From the NCBI GenBank assembly GCA_963744995.1, contig CAVUWA010000004.1:64001-128000 (forward strand): a DNA stretch of 64,000 nt. The letters run 5' to 3'. The notes beneath the pieces are model-generated. The model was not told where the DNA came from, did not search any database, and worked only from the letters and a program-made list of their open reading frames with translations. Origin of the DNA: Candidatus Eiseniibacteriota bacterium. Its GTDB lineage: Bacteria > Eisenbacteria > RBG-16-71-46. How positions within the stretch are numbered: the first letter of the stretch is position 1; each line of letters begins with the position of its first letter. Both the position numbers and the translations under genes were made by a program. Shown here one piece after another: positions 32,149 to 42,639 of the stretch.

Positions 32149-32272
32149 GGTGTGCCTCTATGGGAGTGTCGCGAGTCGAACGTGTGCGGACCAAAACGCG
32201 GAGCCTACCCGACGCGGGCGGTTCGTGCATGGGACGCCTCCCGGCGGGGAGAACCGCGCGACCGGCGCGGCA

Positions 32273-33184
32273 TCAGCGCCCGAGCAGGAATCCCATGAGC
32301 GGCGTCAGGGTCAGCGGGCTCAGCAGCGTCGAGACGAACACCACGCCGGTGACGAACGCCGGCTCGAGGCCGTACTCGGTGGCGAGGATGATGGTGATCA
32401 CCGCGGTCGGCATCGAGGCCTGCAGCACGCCGGCCTGACGCGCCGGGCCCTCGAGCCCGAACACGAGGGCGAACAGCAGCCCGGCCGCGGCGCCGCCCGC
32501 GAGCCTCAGCACCGTCGCGGTCGCGATCGGCCGCCATGGTCCGCCGCGCCGTGCCGCGTACAGCTGCATGCCGAGGATCACGAGGAAGGTCGGGATGCAC
32601 GCCTCGGCGAGCAGCTTCACCGCGGTCGCGAGCGGGCCCGGCAGCGTCCGGCCGGTGCCGGACAGCACGAACGCGAGCAGCACGCCCCACAGCGCCGGCA
32701 CGCGCACCAGTCCGCGGAGCGCGGCGCCGAAACCCTCGCGGCCGTACGAGGCGATGAACACGCCGAGGGTGTAGCTGAGGACCGAGGAGGCGAGGAAGAA
32801 CAGCGTGGCCTCGGTCAGGCCCGGGCGGCCGAAGGCGAGCAGATTGGTGGAGAGCCCGAGGTTGCCGGCGTTCGGCAGCATCACCGTGAGCATCAGCGCG
32901 CTCGCCATGGGGCGCGGCCAGCGCAGCAGGCGCGCCGTGCCCAGCGCGACGAGGGCCAGCGCGAGCAGCGTCGTCAGGGCGAAGCCCAGCATCCGCAGCA
33001 GGTCCGACGGCGCCACGTGGCTGTCCATGATCAGCTGGAAGATCAGGCACGGGGCGAACACCGAGAACGCGACGTGCGAGACCGCGCGCGGATCGGGGCG
33101 CACGGTCGCCGCCAGCGCGAAGCCCGCGCCGGCGACGAGCAGCACGGGCAGCAGGTTGTCGGCGAACAGGGCGAGCAGGGCCAT
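32273..33184 (-). CDS. AEC (auxin efflux carrier) family transporter
   Basis: PNAGNLGL, LQASMPTAV, STLLSPLTL; about 10 TM segments. Confidence 0.88.
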   Translation of the reverse strand: MALLALFADNLLPVLLVAGAGFALAATVRPDPRAVSHVAFSVFAPCLIFQLIMDSHVAPSDLLRMLGFALTTLLALALVALGTARLLRWPRPMASALMLTVMLPNAGNLGLSTNLLAFGRPGLTEATLFFLASSVLSYTLGVFIASYGREGFGAALRGLVRVPALWGVLLAFVLSGTGRTLPGPLATAVKLLAEACIPTFLVILGMQLYAARRGGPWRPIATATVLRLAGGAAAGLLFALVFGLEGPARQAGVLQASMPTAVITIILATEYGLEPAFVTGVVFVSTLLSPLTLTPLMGFLLGR

Positions 33185-33335
33185 GCGGCGGACCTCGGAT
33201 GGACGGTGTGGAACGATCGGGCGCGCGGCCGCTTCACGCGACCGGCAGCGGGGGCCAAGATACGCACAGGACGCGCCGGGCTCCAATGGTAGGCTGGCCG
33301 CGGCATTCACCGGCGGCACTCACGGAGGAGGCGCG

Positions 33336-34850
33336 ATGCACGAAGGCGAAAGGGCGGCTTCCGATTCGCGTGCGCGCACCGTGGACCGCCTGCTGGGGCT
33401 CGCGACCGCGGCGGCCGCGCTGGTCTGGATCCTGCGCCTCGCGATCGAGTCGGCCGGGATCGTGTTCGGCGCGGACGAGTGCTTCCACGCGACGATGGCG
33501 GGTTGGATCCACACGCACGGCACGCTGCCGGCCACGCTTCCCGGGCTCTACGGCGGCTTCGACTATTACTATCAGCCGCTGCTCCACCTGTTTGGCGCGC
33601 TGACACTTGCGCTCCCGGGCGGCGGCGTCCTGAGGTTCCTGCCGCTGGCCGCGGCGGCGGCGACGCTCGCTGTGCTCGGATTCGGCGCGCGCCGCACCGT
33701 CCCGCTGCACGCGCGGCTGTGGGCCGTGCTCGTCCTGGTCGCGAGCACCCTGTTCGCGACGTATGCGGTCCGGCTCTACGCGGAGAGCCTGAGCGCGCTG
33801 CTGGTGACGGCCGGTGCGCTCGCGCTCGTCCACCAGCAGCACGCGGGCGGCCGCGCGGCGACGATCGGGCTCGGCGCGCTCGCCGGCCTCGCGATCCTCG
33901 CCAAGTTCGCCGGATGGTCGCTGGCCGTGCTGATCGGCGTGGCCGCGCTGGTGCGGCTCGTGCGCGGCGAGCGCGAGCAGGCGCGCCACCTGGGCGCGGC
34001 GCTTGCCCTCGCGCTGCTGGTTGCGGCGCCGTGGCTCGTGCGCAACCAGATCCTGTTCGGCAGCGCGCTCTACCCGCTCGGCGCGCCGGACCTCGACCGC
34101 GGTCTCTACGCGCTCGAGCGCGCGCGCTTCTCGTTTCCGCCCGCGGCGTTCTTCGCGGGGCTGCCGCAGGTGCTCGGCCCCTTCATGCTGGCCATGAACG
34201 CGATGGCGGCGCTGAGCGTGGGGATCGAGCGCCGCTTCGGCTGGGGTCATGCGCTGTGGGCGTTCGCGCTCGGCGGCATCGCCGTGACGGGATTCATGCC
34301 GATGGCCGCCGCGCGCCACCTGGTCGCGTTCCTGCCGCTCCTGGCGCTCGGCGCGTCATGGGTCGTGGCCGACGCGCTCGCCCGCCGCGGGCTGCTGATG
34401 CGGCCGGTGGGGGCGGTGCTGATCGCGGCCGCCGCCGTCACGCTGGTGCGCTTCCCGGAGCACCGCAAGGGCGCGAGCCCGCCGCCGCCGCTCATGGACG
34501 CGTTCGCGGCGATCGCCCGGGTGACGCCCGGCCGCGCGAACATTTTGAGCCTGTGGACCTACGACACGTACTACCATGGACACCGGGCGGCGACCTGGCC
34601 GCTCGCCTGGGGCCAGACCCGATCCCCTGCGGGGCTGTTCCGGACGCGCGACCCGCAGCACTTTGCCGCCACGATGGACTCGCTCGGCATCGGTTACGTG
34701 CTCGTGCCGAAAGCGGCGCCGCTCGAACCGTGGAACGGTGCCAACTATCCCGAGTCGTTCATCGTCTGCGCGCGGGCGCTGGTCGAGAACGGCGGCCTGC
34801 GGATCACCTGGCAGAACGAGCGGTTCGTATTGCTCGGGAGGGGGCCGTGA
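33336..34850 (+). CDS. GT-C (ArnT/PMT-like) membrane glycosyltransferase
   Basis: GADECFH loop after TM1, YYQPL, LAILAK, PWLVRN..FGS..YP; GGAGGAGG SD. Confidence 0.7.
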   Translation: MHEGERAASDSRARTVDRLLGLATAAAALVWILRLAIESAGIVFGADECFHATMAGWIHTHGTLPATLPGLYGGFDYYYQPLLHLFGALTLALPGGGVLRFLPLAAAAATLAVLGFGARRTVPLHARLWAVLVLVASTLFATYAVRLYAESLSALLVTAGALALVHQQHAGGRAATIGLGALAGLAILAKFAGWSLAVLIGVAALVRLVRGEREQARHLGAALALALLVAAPWLVRNQILFGSALYPLGAPDLDRGLYALERARFSFPPAAFFAGLPQVLGPFMLAMNAMAALSVGIERRFGWGHALWAFALGGIAVTGFMPMAAARHLVAFLPLLALGASWVVADALARRGLLMRPVGAVLIAAAAVTLVRFPEHRKGASPPPPLMDAFAAIARVTPGRANILSLWTYDTYYHGHRAATWPLAWGQTRSPAGLFRTRDPQHFAATMDSLGIGYVLVPKAAPLEPWNGANYPESFIVCARALVENGGLRITWQNERFVLLGRGP

Positions 34851-36337
34851 GAATCGATGTTCGTGTGGCCGTGCTGGCCGTCACGTGCGCGGTCGCGCCG
34901 GCCCATGCCGGCGCCGTGCGCACGTCCGGGTCGGCGCTGCCGCCGGTTCAAGCCACCCTCGCGATCAATGACCTCGCCATGGGAGTCGTCGACAACGGAA
35001 TGTTCGCGTTCCGCTTCTACCCCCTCAGCGAAGGCGATCTCGAGTATCCGCGCGGCAGCGGCAGGATCGTCGCTTTCGCGGGCGGGTTCTGGGTGAGCGG
35101 GCGGGTGTCCGGCGAGACCCGGATGGTGATCTCGGAGTTCGGCAGCGAGTGGGCGCCGGGCCCGCTGGCCTGGATCACCTCGCCGCCCGTCACCTGGCCG
35201 GGTTCCCTGTTCCGCTACAGCCGCGCCGACACCGCCGGACGCGGGGCGTGGGCGGCGCGCGCCGTGCCGCTGGGAGCGCCCGCCGCACCGCCCGCCGACG
35301 AGACGCTGTGGGCCGTGTGCAACGACTACGGCACCGCGGCCTTCTATCCGCACGGCAACCGGATGACGAACCCGATCGGACTCGAAGCGCACTTCACGAC
35401 CTACGCGTTCGACCGGCCCGGCACGCTCCGGCGCGCCGCGTTCGTGAAGCTCACGCTGCTGCAGATGGGCGCCGCCCCGCTCGACAGCGCCGCGATCGGC
35501 GTGTTCTTCGATCCCAGGGTCGGGCTTCCGGCCCTGCGCGCGGCCTACGACCTCGCGCGCGAGATGGGCTACAGCTACGCGGCGGATCCGCCAACGGGCG
35601 GCGAGGCCATCGCGGTCGGGGTCGTGTGGCTGGGCGGACCGCGGCCCCCGCTGCTGATCCAGCGCATGCGTCCGACGTCGTACGTCGTCTATGCGAACGG
35701 GGCCGACCCTGCCGTGCCCCACGACTACGACGACGTCACGCGCGGCCTCGAACCGTGGGGTGCAGCGATGATCGATTCGAGCACGATGCAGCCGACGCCG
35801 TTCTTCTCGAGCGGCGACCCGGTCGCGGGCACCGGCTGGAACGCGAGCGTGCCGCCGCATCCGCACACCGTGCTCAGCGCGCAGCCGTTCACCTTTGCGC
35901 CCGGCGACACGCAGACGGTGGACGTCGCGATCGTGGTCGGACACGGGCCGGACTCCGTCGCGGCGATTCTCGATCTGCGCGCCGCGGCCGACGCGGCACG
36001 CGCCGCGTTCGCGACGGGATTCGCGAATCTGCCGGCTGCGGATCCGTATCCGGCGCCGGGCCGCATCCTCGCGTATCCGAACCCGGCCCCGGCCGGCGCG
36101 CGCATCGCGTTCCGCATCGAGGCGCCGGCGGCGCCGGCGGCGCTGATCATCTACGACGTCTGCGGACGGCGCGTGCGGCGGATGGATGTGAGCCATGCGG
36201 CCGCGGGCCGCTACGTCGCCGAGTGGGACGGCCGCGACGAGCACGGTCATCGCGCGCGCGCCGGACTCTACTTCGCGCGCTTCGAGAGCGCGGGCGCCGC
36301 GGCCACGGGCCGCCTCGTGCTGCTCTCGGGGAACTGA
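34847..36337 (+). CDS. Secreted protein with a C-terminal FlgD-Ig/T9SS-like domain
   Basis: Signal peptide; LEYPRGSG..FAGGFW, PFTFAPGDTQ; C-terminal YPNP..IYDVCGRRVR..WDGRDEHG..GLYF; GTGA overlap. Confidence 0.8.
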   Translation: MRIDVRVAVLAVTCAVAPAHAGAVRTSGSALPPVQATLAINDLAMGVVDNGMFAFRFYPLSEGDLEYPRGSGRIVAFAGGFWVSGRVSGETRMVISEFGSEWAPGPLAWITSPPVTWPGSLFRYSRADTAGRGAWAARAVPLGAPAAPPADETLWAVCNDYGTAAFYPHGNRMTNPIGLEAHFTTYAFDRPGTLRRAAFVKLTLLQMGAAPLDSAAIGVFFDPRVGLPALRAAYDLAREMGYSYAADPPTGGEAIAVGVVWLGGPRPPLLIQRMRPTSYVVYANGADPAVPHDYDDVTRGLEPWGAAMIDSSTMQPTPFFSSGDPVAGTGWNASVPPHPHTVLSAQPFTFAPGDTQTVDVAIVVGHGPDSVAAILDLRAAADAARAAFATGFANLPAADPYPAPGRILAYPNPAPAGARIAFRIEAPAAPAALIIYDVCGRRVRRMDVSHAAAGRYVAEWDGRDEHGHRARAGLYFARFESAGAAATGRLVLLSGN

Positions 36338-36341
36338 GCCG

Positions 36342-37376
36342 GTGCGCCTGCTGCGCGACATGGCCGCGGCCGGTCACGAACGGGTCATCGCCTTTCAGGA
36401 TCCCGCCGCGGGACTCGCCGGCTTCCTGGCGATCCACAGCACGCGGCTCGGACCGGCGCTCGGCGGCGTGCGGCTCTACCGCTACCGGCGCGAAGCGGAC
36501 GCGCTCGCCGACGCACTGCGGCTGTCCAGGGCGATGACCTACAAGTGCGCGCTCGCCGGGCTCCCGGCGGGCGGCGGCAAGGCGGTGATCCTCGATCGCC
36601 CGGGACTCCGCCGCACGCGCGCGTTCGAGGCCTACGGGCGCGTGGTGCAGGGGCTCGGAGGCGCGTTCTATACCGGTGGCGACGTCGGCATCCGGCCGGC
36701 CGACCTCGAGGCCGTGGGGCGCGAGACCGCGTGGGTCGCGAAGGAGTCGGCTGCAGAGCTCGGCGACGTGAACCAGTTCACCGCCGAAGGCGTGTGGCAG
36801 GCGATGCGCGCCTGCCTCGAGGTGCGCGGCATCGCGCCGCACGGAGCGCACGTCGCCCTGCAGGGGGTGGGCAACGTCGGGGTGCGGCTGGCGCGGATTC
36901 TCGCGCGCGAGGGCTGCCGGCTGACGCTCGCCGATCTCGACGCTGCGCGCGCGCGGCGGGTGGCACGCGCCCTGGGCGCGGCGTTCGCGGCCCCGGCGCA
37001 GATCGCGCTCACGGACGCCGACGTATTCGCGCCCTGTGCGATGGGTGGCGTGCTGCGCGCCGCGACGATCGCACGGATGAAGGCGAAGATCGTGTGTGGC
37101 GCGGCGAACAATCAGCTCGCGACGCCCGGCGACGCCGCGCGCATGGCGCGCCGCGGCATCCTCTACGCTCCGGACTATCTGGCCAACGCGGGTGGCGTGA
37201 TCCGCGGCGCCGAGTATCATCTGCTCGGACGGGCCGACAGCGCGCCGAGCATCCTGCGTATCGGCGATCGCATGCGTGCGATCGCGCGGCGTGCGGCGCG
37301 CGACCGCACGACCACCCTGGCCGTCGCCGACGCGATGGCCGAGGCGATCGTGCGGCGCGGCGGGCCCGGCCGCTGA
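36342..37376 (+). CDS. Leu/Phe/Val dehydrogenase (ELFV family)
   Basis: AIHSTRLGPALGG, LSRAMTYK, GGGKAVI, QGVGNVG, GAANNQL, PDYLANAGG. Confidence 0.92.
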   Translation: MRLLRDMAAAGHERVIAFQDPAAGLAGFLAIHSTRLGPALGGVRLYRYRREADALADALRLSRAMTYKCALAGLPAGGGKAVILDRPGLRRTRAFEAYGRVVQGLGGAFYTGGDVGIRPADLEAVGRETAWVAKESAAELGDVNQFTAEGVWQAMRACLEVRGIAPHGAHVALQGVGNVGVRLARILAREGCRLTLADLDAARARRVARALGAAFAAPAQIALTDADVFAPCAMGGVLRAATIARMKAKIVCGAANNQLATPGDAARMARRGILYAPDYLANAGGVIRGAEYHLLGRADSAPSILRIGDRMRAIARRAARDRTTTLAVADAMAEAIVRRGGPGR

Positions 37377-37420
37377 GATTCCGCACGATTCCGGCCGCCG
37401 ACCCCCATCGGGAGCGCGAC

Positions 37421-39031
37421 ATGAACGCCAGACCGTTTGCCCTTACCGCCGTCCTCGCCGTGCTCTTCCTGGGCGTGCTGTCCTGCACCCGCAAGCCCTC
37501 CGCCGAAGGCGAGGCCTGGTGGGCGCACGTGCGCTACCTGGCCAGCGATTCACTGGAGGGTCGCAACACCGGGAGCGAGGGGTATCGCAGGGCGGCCGAC
37601 TACGTGGCCGACCAGTTCCGCCAGGCGGGTGCGCTGCCCGGTGCGGACGGCGGCTATCTGCAACCCGTGGACGTCATCACCCGCAAGGTCCGCGAGGCCG
37701 AATGCCGCCTCGAGCTGATTCGCAACGGCGAGGCGCAACCCGTTGTCCTGGGCGACGAAGCCGCCATCAGCACGAGGCTCGAATCGGCTGCGGACATCGA
37801 GGCGCCGGTGGTGTTCGCAGGGTATGCGATCTCGGCGCCCAGGGCCGGCTACGACGATCTCGATGGGCTCGACCTCGAGGGCGCGATCGTCGCGTACATC
37901 TCGGGCGGGCCGGCCTCGCTGCCCGGGCCGATTCGCGCTCACACCCAGTCGATTGCGGAGCGCTGGAAGGCGCTGCGCGCGCGCGGCGCGCGCGGCCTGC
38001 TGCGGATCACGAACCCGGCGAAGAGCGACGTGCCGTGGGAGCGGGGGGCGAAGCGCCGTCTCGCGGCGAGCATGACGCTCGCCGATCCCGCCCTCGACGA
38101 GACGCCCGGCCTCGAATTCGCCGCGACGCTCAACGGCGAGCGGTCCGAGCGCTGGTTCGAGGGGTCTGGTCATACGCTCCAGGAACTGCTCGACCTCGCG
38201 AGCCGCGAGCAGCCGCTGCCGCGCTTCCCGCTCGATGCGCGGCTGCGTGCGCATGTGGCCTTCGACCGCGGCACGGCGGAGTCGCCGAACGTGGTCGCGA
38301 TCGTGCCCGGCTCCGATCCGGGACTCAAGAACACCTACGTGGTGCTGTCGGCGCACCTCGATCACCTCGGTGTGGGCGGCGCCGTTGCCGGCGATTCGAT
38401 CTATAACGGCGCGATGGACAACGCCGCGGGCGTCGCGTCACTGATCGAGATCGCGAAGATGGCGAAGGCGCGCGGCGTGAAACTGCGGCGCTCGCTGCTG
38501 CTGCTGGCGGTGACCGGCGAGGAGAAGGGCGAACTCGGCTCACGCTACTTCGCCGCGCATCCGACCGTGCCGATCGGGCGAATCGCCGCCGACCTCAACC
38601 TCGACATGTTCCTGCCGATCGTGCCGTTCAGGATCCTCACGGTGTACGGCCTCAGGGAGTCGGATCTCGGCGACTGGATCGTGCCGGTCGCCGAGAAACA
38701 TGGCGTGCGCGTCCAGGACGATCCCGAGCCCGAGCGGCGGATCTTCGTGCGCAGCGACCAGTACAGCTTCATCCGCCAGGGCGTGCCGGCGCTGTCGTTC
38801 AAGATCGGCTTCGTGAAAGGCAGTCGCGAAGCGAAGGTCTTCGCCGACTGGACGAAGCAGCGCTACCATGCACCCTCGGACGACGTGAACCAGCCCGTGA
38901 ATCTCGACGCTGCGGCCGGATTCACGGAAATGCTCTACGACTTCGCGATCGACGTCGCCGACCGCGACGTGCCGCCGCGCTGGAAGGAAACCAGCTTCTT
39001 CAGACGGTACTCGGATGAAGCCGGCCGCTGA
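37421..39031 (+). CDS. M28 family peptidase with PA domain, lipoprotein
   Basis: Lipobox VLSC; LASDSLEGR, SAHLDHLG, NGAMDNAAG, TGEEKG, RSDQ, YHAPSD. Confidence 0.92.
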   Translation: MNARPFALTAVLAVLFLGVLSCTRKPSAEGEAWWAHVRYLASDSLEGRNTGSEGYRRAADYVADQFRQAGALPGADGGYLQPVDVITRKVREAECRLELIRNGEAQPVVLGDEAAISTRLESAADIEAPVVFAGYAISAPRAGYDDLDGLDLEGAIVAYISGGPASLPGPIRAHTQSIAERWKALRARGARGLLRITNPAKSDVPWERGAKRRLAASMTLADPALDETPGLEFAATLNGERSERWFEGSGHTLQELLDLASREQPLPRFPLDARLRAHVAFDRGTAESPNVVAIVPGSDPGLKNTYVVLSAHLDHLGVGGAVAGDSIYNGAMDNAAGVASLIEIAKMAKARGVKLRRSLLLLAVTGEEKGELGSRYFAAHPTVPIGRIAADLNLDMFLPIVPFRILTVYGLRESDLGDWIVPVAEKHGVRVQDDPEPERRIFVRSDQYSFIRQGVPALSFKIGFVKGSREAKVFADWTKQRYHAPSDDVNQPVNLDAAAGFTEMLYDFAIDVADRDVPPRWKETSFFRRYSDEAGR

Positions 39032-40331
39032 GGCGGCCGAGGGCGCGCTGCGCGCGTTCCGCTTCGCCGCGCGGGGCGCCGCATGCACCCTGGCGCTCGC
39101 ACTCGCACCCTGCGCGGGCGTCGCGGCGCAGGCGCCCGGGAATGCCGCCGCCGCGTCGGCCTCGGTGCGGGAGAACGCCGCCCGGCACCATGGCGACCTG
39201 CGCATCGCCGTCTTCAACATCCGCGTGCTGTCCACGGCGAAGATCACCGATGTGGATTCCATGGGTCACGGCCGCGATCCGCAGCTGCGCGCCGCCGCGG
39301 CCGTGATCCGCAGCGTGCGGCCCGACGTGCTGATCCTCAACGAGCTCTGGCACGACGTCGCCGCCCACGAGGCCCATGGCGCGCCGCTCGATCTCAACGC
39401 GCGGCGCTTCGCCCGCGCCTACCTCGAGGACGGCGACGACGGCGTCGCGTATCCGTACGCGTTCGCCGCGCCATGCAACACGGGGCGGGCGTCGGGCTTC
39501 GATCTGGACGGCGACGGCGAGGTCGCCGCCGCGTCCGACCTCGGCACGCCGCGCTGGGCGGGAGACGCGTGGGGCTGGGGCCGCGAGCCGGGCGAGTTCT
39601 CGATGGGCATGCTCTCACGCTTCCCGGTGGACACCGCCGGCGCGCGCACGTTCGCGCGCTTCCACTGGGCGGATCTGCCGGGCCATCACATGCCGGCCGG
39701 CTTCTATCCCGCGGCGGCCGTGCGCCGCATGCCGCTTTCGAGCAAGGCGCACTGGGACGTGCCGATCGTCGCGGCCGGTGACACGGTGCACGTGTTCATG
39801 TGCGTGCCGACCCCGGGTATCTTCGACGGGCCGGAAGATCGCAACGGTCTGCGTAACTTCGACGAGGTCGGTTTCTGGGTGCACTACCTGGACGACGACG
39901 GCGCGCTCGTGGACGATCGCGGTGTGCGCGGCGGCTACCGCGCCGGCGCGTCGTTCGTGATCGCCGGCGACCTCAACGCGTTCGAGGAACAGGACACGCG
40001 CGTGGATGGGCGCGTGGCGATCCGGCAGCTGAAGGAGGACCCGCGCATTCGCGACACGGGACCCTGGCTCGCGAGCCCCGGCGCCGCGCACGGCGTGGCC
40101 ACCGGACCACCCGCCTGGCGCGAGCGCGATACCGTCATCGACGGAGACTTCCGCGCGCGGCTCGACTACATCCTGCCGTCGCGCGACCTCGAGGTGAAAG
40201 GCGGTGGTGTGTGGTGGCCCGACCCCGTGCGCGACCCCGAGGGCCGCCGGCTCGCCGAAGCGGCGTCCGACCACCGCCTGATCTGGCTCGACGTGGCGCT
40301 GCCGAGCGCCCCCGGGAAGCGCGGGCGATGA
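39015..40331 (+). CDS. Endonuclease/exonuclease/phosphatase family protein, probably secreted
   Basis: LRIAVFN, PDVLILNE, FDGPEDRNG, AGDLN, RLDYILPS, ASDHRLIW. Confidence 0.88.
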   Translation: MKPAAEAAEGALRAFRFAARGAACTLALALAPCAGVAAQAPGNAAAASASVRENAARHHGDLRIAVFNIRVLSTAKITDVDSMGHGRDPQLRAAAAVIRSVRPDVLILNELWHDVAAHEAHGAPLDLNARRFARAYLEDGDDGVAYPYAFAAPCNTGRASGFDLDGDGEVAAASDLGTPRWAGDAWGWGREPGEFSMGMLSRFPVDTAGARTFARFHWADLPGHHMPAGFYPAAAVRRMPLSSKAHWDVPIVAAGDTVHVFMCVPTPGIFDGPEDRNGLRNFDEVGFWVHYLDDDGALVDDRGVRGGYRAGASFVIAGDLNAFEEQDTRVDGRVAIRQLKEDPRIRDTGPWLASPGAAHGVATGPPAWRERDTVIDGDFRARLDYILPSRDLEVKGGGVWWPDPVRDPEGRRLAEAASDHRLIWLDVALPSAPGKRGR

Positions 40332-40606
40332 GCGACGACCGGGCCCCGATCGAACTGCCGATCGACGGCACACTCGACCTGCACGCATTCGCGCCGCGCG
40401 AGGTGAAGGGCGTGGTCACCGATTATCTGGACGCGTGCCGCGAGCGCGGCATCCTCGAGGTGCGGATCGTGCACGGCAAGGGCACCGGCGCGCTGCGCGA
40501 GACCGTGCACGCGCTGCTCGCCCGGCGCGACGACGTCGTGTCGTTCGCGCTCGCGGGCGAGGGCCGCGGGGAATGGGGCGCGACGCTCGTGCGGCTCCGG
40601 TCCTGA
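40328..40606 (+). CDS. Stand-alone Smr/MutS2 C-terminal domain protein
   Basis: LDLH, IVHGKGTGALR, GATLV. Confidence 0.92.
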   Translation: MSDDRAPIELPIDGTLDLHAFAPREVKGVVTDYLDACRERGILEVRIVHGKGTGALRETVHALLARRDDVVSFALAGEGRGEWGATLVRLRS

Positions 40607-40639
40607 CGCCGTTCGCGCGCAGGCCGCGCCCCGCCGCGA

Positions 40640-41638
40640 CTAGCGCGGCGGGGTGAAGACGAACGGGGCCTGGAACGTCGTGACCCCTTCGGCGATCGTG
40701 GGGAAGCGCCACTCACGAATCTGCGACAGCGCGCAGGCGGCCAGCGCCGGCGACTTCAGCGTGTTCTGCACGACGGCCGCGTCGGTGACGCGCCCGGACG
40801 CCGACACGGTGATCGCCACCACCAGCTTGCCGCTCAGCGACGGATCGTGCTTGAGCTCGTTGCCGTAGCAGTACTGGATCCCGGCGGCGTACTTCTGCAC
40901 CACGGCGAGCAGCGAGGCCGTGCTGCGGTAGACGCCCGGTGCGGAGCCGCTGGCGCCCGTGCCCCCCTCGGCGCCCGCCGCGCCGCTCGCGCCGCCGCCC
41001 GCGGGCGCGGCCGACAGCGAGCCGATCGCGATCTGCGAACCTTCCACCACGCTGCCGCCGAGATCCGCGCGGCCGCCGGCGACGGTCGCCTCGACGTCGC
41101 CGATCTGGCCGCCGCTGCGGCCCGCGCGCACCGTGCGGGCCCGGCGCCGGCGTGAGGGCCGCCCCGACGAGCTGGGGGTCGACTGCAGCGCGCTCGACAG
41201 GCCCGCCAGCGTGCGGTCGATCGACTGCGTCGCCTTCTGCACCGAAGCGGTGGCCTCCTGCGCGCGCTGGCGGCCCTGGGCGCCCGTGTCCGGGGCCCGC
41301 TCGCGTGCCGCCTCCAGACGGCGCGGCCGCGGCGTGACCGCCGGCCGGGGAGCGGGTTGCGCCTCCGGCTTCGCGGCTTCGGGTGCCTCGGCCTTCGCCG
41401 CGCGGGTCTCGGGCGCCGCCGGCGCCGGATGCGGTTGCGGCTTTTCGATGATCAGGCGCGCGAAGCGCTCGGGCAGCTGCTCCACGTGCAGGATCGTCGG
41501 CTGCCGCGCGGGCACGAGCAGCACCACGATCAGAAAGATCGCGCCGGCGATGGACGCGCCGGTGAGGCAGCGGCGGAACAGGTCGTCGCCGCCCGAGAAC
41601 AGCGGCTGCCGGTAGATGGACTGGGTCATGGTCGCCAT
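40640..41638 (-). CDS. TonB-like protein with an AgmX/PglI C-terminal domain (GltG-like)
   Basis: Single N-terminal TM, PERFARL, Pro/Ala-rich linker, C-terminal IQYCYGNELKHDPSLSGKL..C..IREWRFP. Confidence 0.85.
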   Translation of the reverse strand: MATMTQSIYRQPLFSGGDDLFRRCLTGASIAGAIFLIVVLLVPARQPTILHVEQLPERFARLIIEKPQPHPAPAAPETRAAKAEAPEAAKPEAQPAPRPAVTPRPRRLEAARERAPDTGAQGRQRAQEATASVQKATQSIDRTLAGLSSALQSTPSSSGRPSRRRRARTVRAGRSGGQIGDVEATVAGGRADLGGSVVEGSQIAIGSLSAAPAGGGASGAAGAEGGTGASGSAPGVYRSTASLLAVVQKYAAGIQYCYGNELKHDPSLSGKLVVAITVSASGRVTDAAVVQNTLKSPALAACALSQIREWRFPTIAEGVTTFQAPFVFTPPR

Positions 41639-41651
41639 GGTCGGCCCTTCC

Positions 41652-42143
41652 TCACGCGCTCTTCAGGACGGCCAGCGCGATGTGCTCGAAGCCGTTCTGC
41701 TGCAGGGTGTACATGACCCGCTCCAGGATCTCGAACTCGATCTGGCGATCGCCCTGCACGGTGACGATCTGCGGGGGGGGCGCCCCGCCGGCGCGCTCGA
41801 TCTCTTCCATCCGCGCGCGCACGGCGCCCAGCGCCGTGTCGAGCCGCTCGATCAGCATGCCGGAGCCGGCCTTCGCTTCGGTGAGCGACACCACTTTCTC
41901 CGAGTTCACGAGGATCGCGTCGTCGCCGATCGCGACGACCAGCGAGGCGGCCGGCTGGGTGGCCGCGGTGGACTGCGGCAGCTCGATACCCGGCGGCGGC
42001 ACCTGCGCTTCGCCGTCGACGACGAAGCTCTTGAGCAGGAACAGCAGCAGCACCGTGAGAATGTCCATCATCGAGGTCAGCCTGAGGCCGCCCTGGCCGA
42101 GCCGGGCGCGGAGCCGGCGCCGATCCTGTCTGCCACGTCGCAT
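41652..42143 (-). CDS. exbD: ExbD/TolR family protein (Agl motor-type)
   Basis: LTSMMDILTVLLLFLLKSF TM with the conserved Asp; IELPQS, VQGDR. Confidence 0.9.
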   Translation of the reverse strand: MRRGRQDRRRLRARLGQGGLRLTSMMDILTVLLLFLLKSFVVDGEAQVPPPGIELPQSTAATQPAASLVVAIGDDAILVNSEKVVSLTEAKAGSGMLIERLDTALGAVRARMEEIERAGGAPPPQIVTVQGDRQIEFEILERVMYTLQQNGFEHIALAVLKSA

Positions 42144-42144
42144 G

Positions 42145-42636
42145 TCAGCTCGCTCCATCATTCGCGCCGGCGAGCGAGGCGAACGGCAGCCCCGCCGCAC
42201 GTGCGGCGTCCATGACCGCGACGATCTCTTCGTAGCGGACGTGCGGTCCGGATACGATCCGGACGTCCTTCTGCTCCGGGAAGGCCGCCACCGCCTCGCC
42301 CAGCACCGCGGTCAGCCAGTCGCGCGTGGCCGTGTCGGGCGCGTACACGCCCGCGGCATCGGCCCTGCGCGCGACCTCGTGCGCCTCGATGCCGTTGCCC
42401 TCGACGCGGTAGGCGTGCTCGCCGATGCGCACCGTCAGGTCGAGGCGCGCCTCGTTCGCGCTCGCCGCCTCGGCCGCCGTCGGCAGCGCCATGTCGATCA
42501 CCGACACCTCGATGAACACCGCCGACAGCAGCAGCAGCGGGATCAGCACGATGAACAGGTTCATCAGCGGCAGGACCTCGATGTCCGCCGCCACGATCTC
42601 GCGGCTCCTGCGCCGCCGTCTGCGCGCTGCCGCCAT
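42145..42636 (-). CDS. exbD: Second ExbD/TolR family protein (Agl motor-type, Asn in the TM)
   Basis: LPLMNLFIVLIPLLLLSAVF; YEEIVAVMDAAR. Confidence 0.88.
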   Translation of the reverse strand: MAAARRRRRRSREIVAADIEVLPLMNLFIVLIPLLLLSAVFIEVSVIDMALPTAAEAASANEARLDLTVRIGEHAYRVEGNGIEAHEVARRADAAGVYAPDTATRDWLTAVLGEAVAAFPEQKDVRIVSGPHVRYEEIVAVMDAARAAGLPFASLAGANDGAS

Positions 42637-42639
42637 GGG

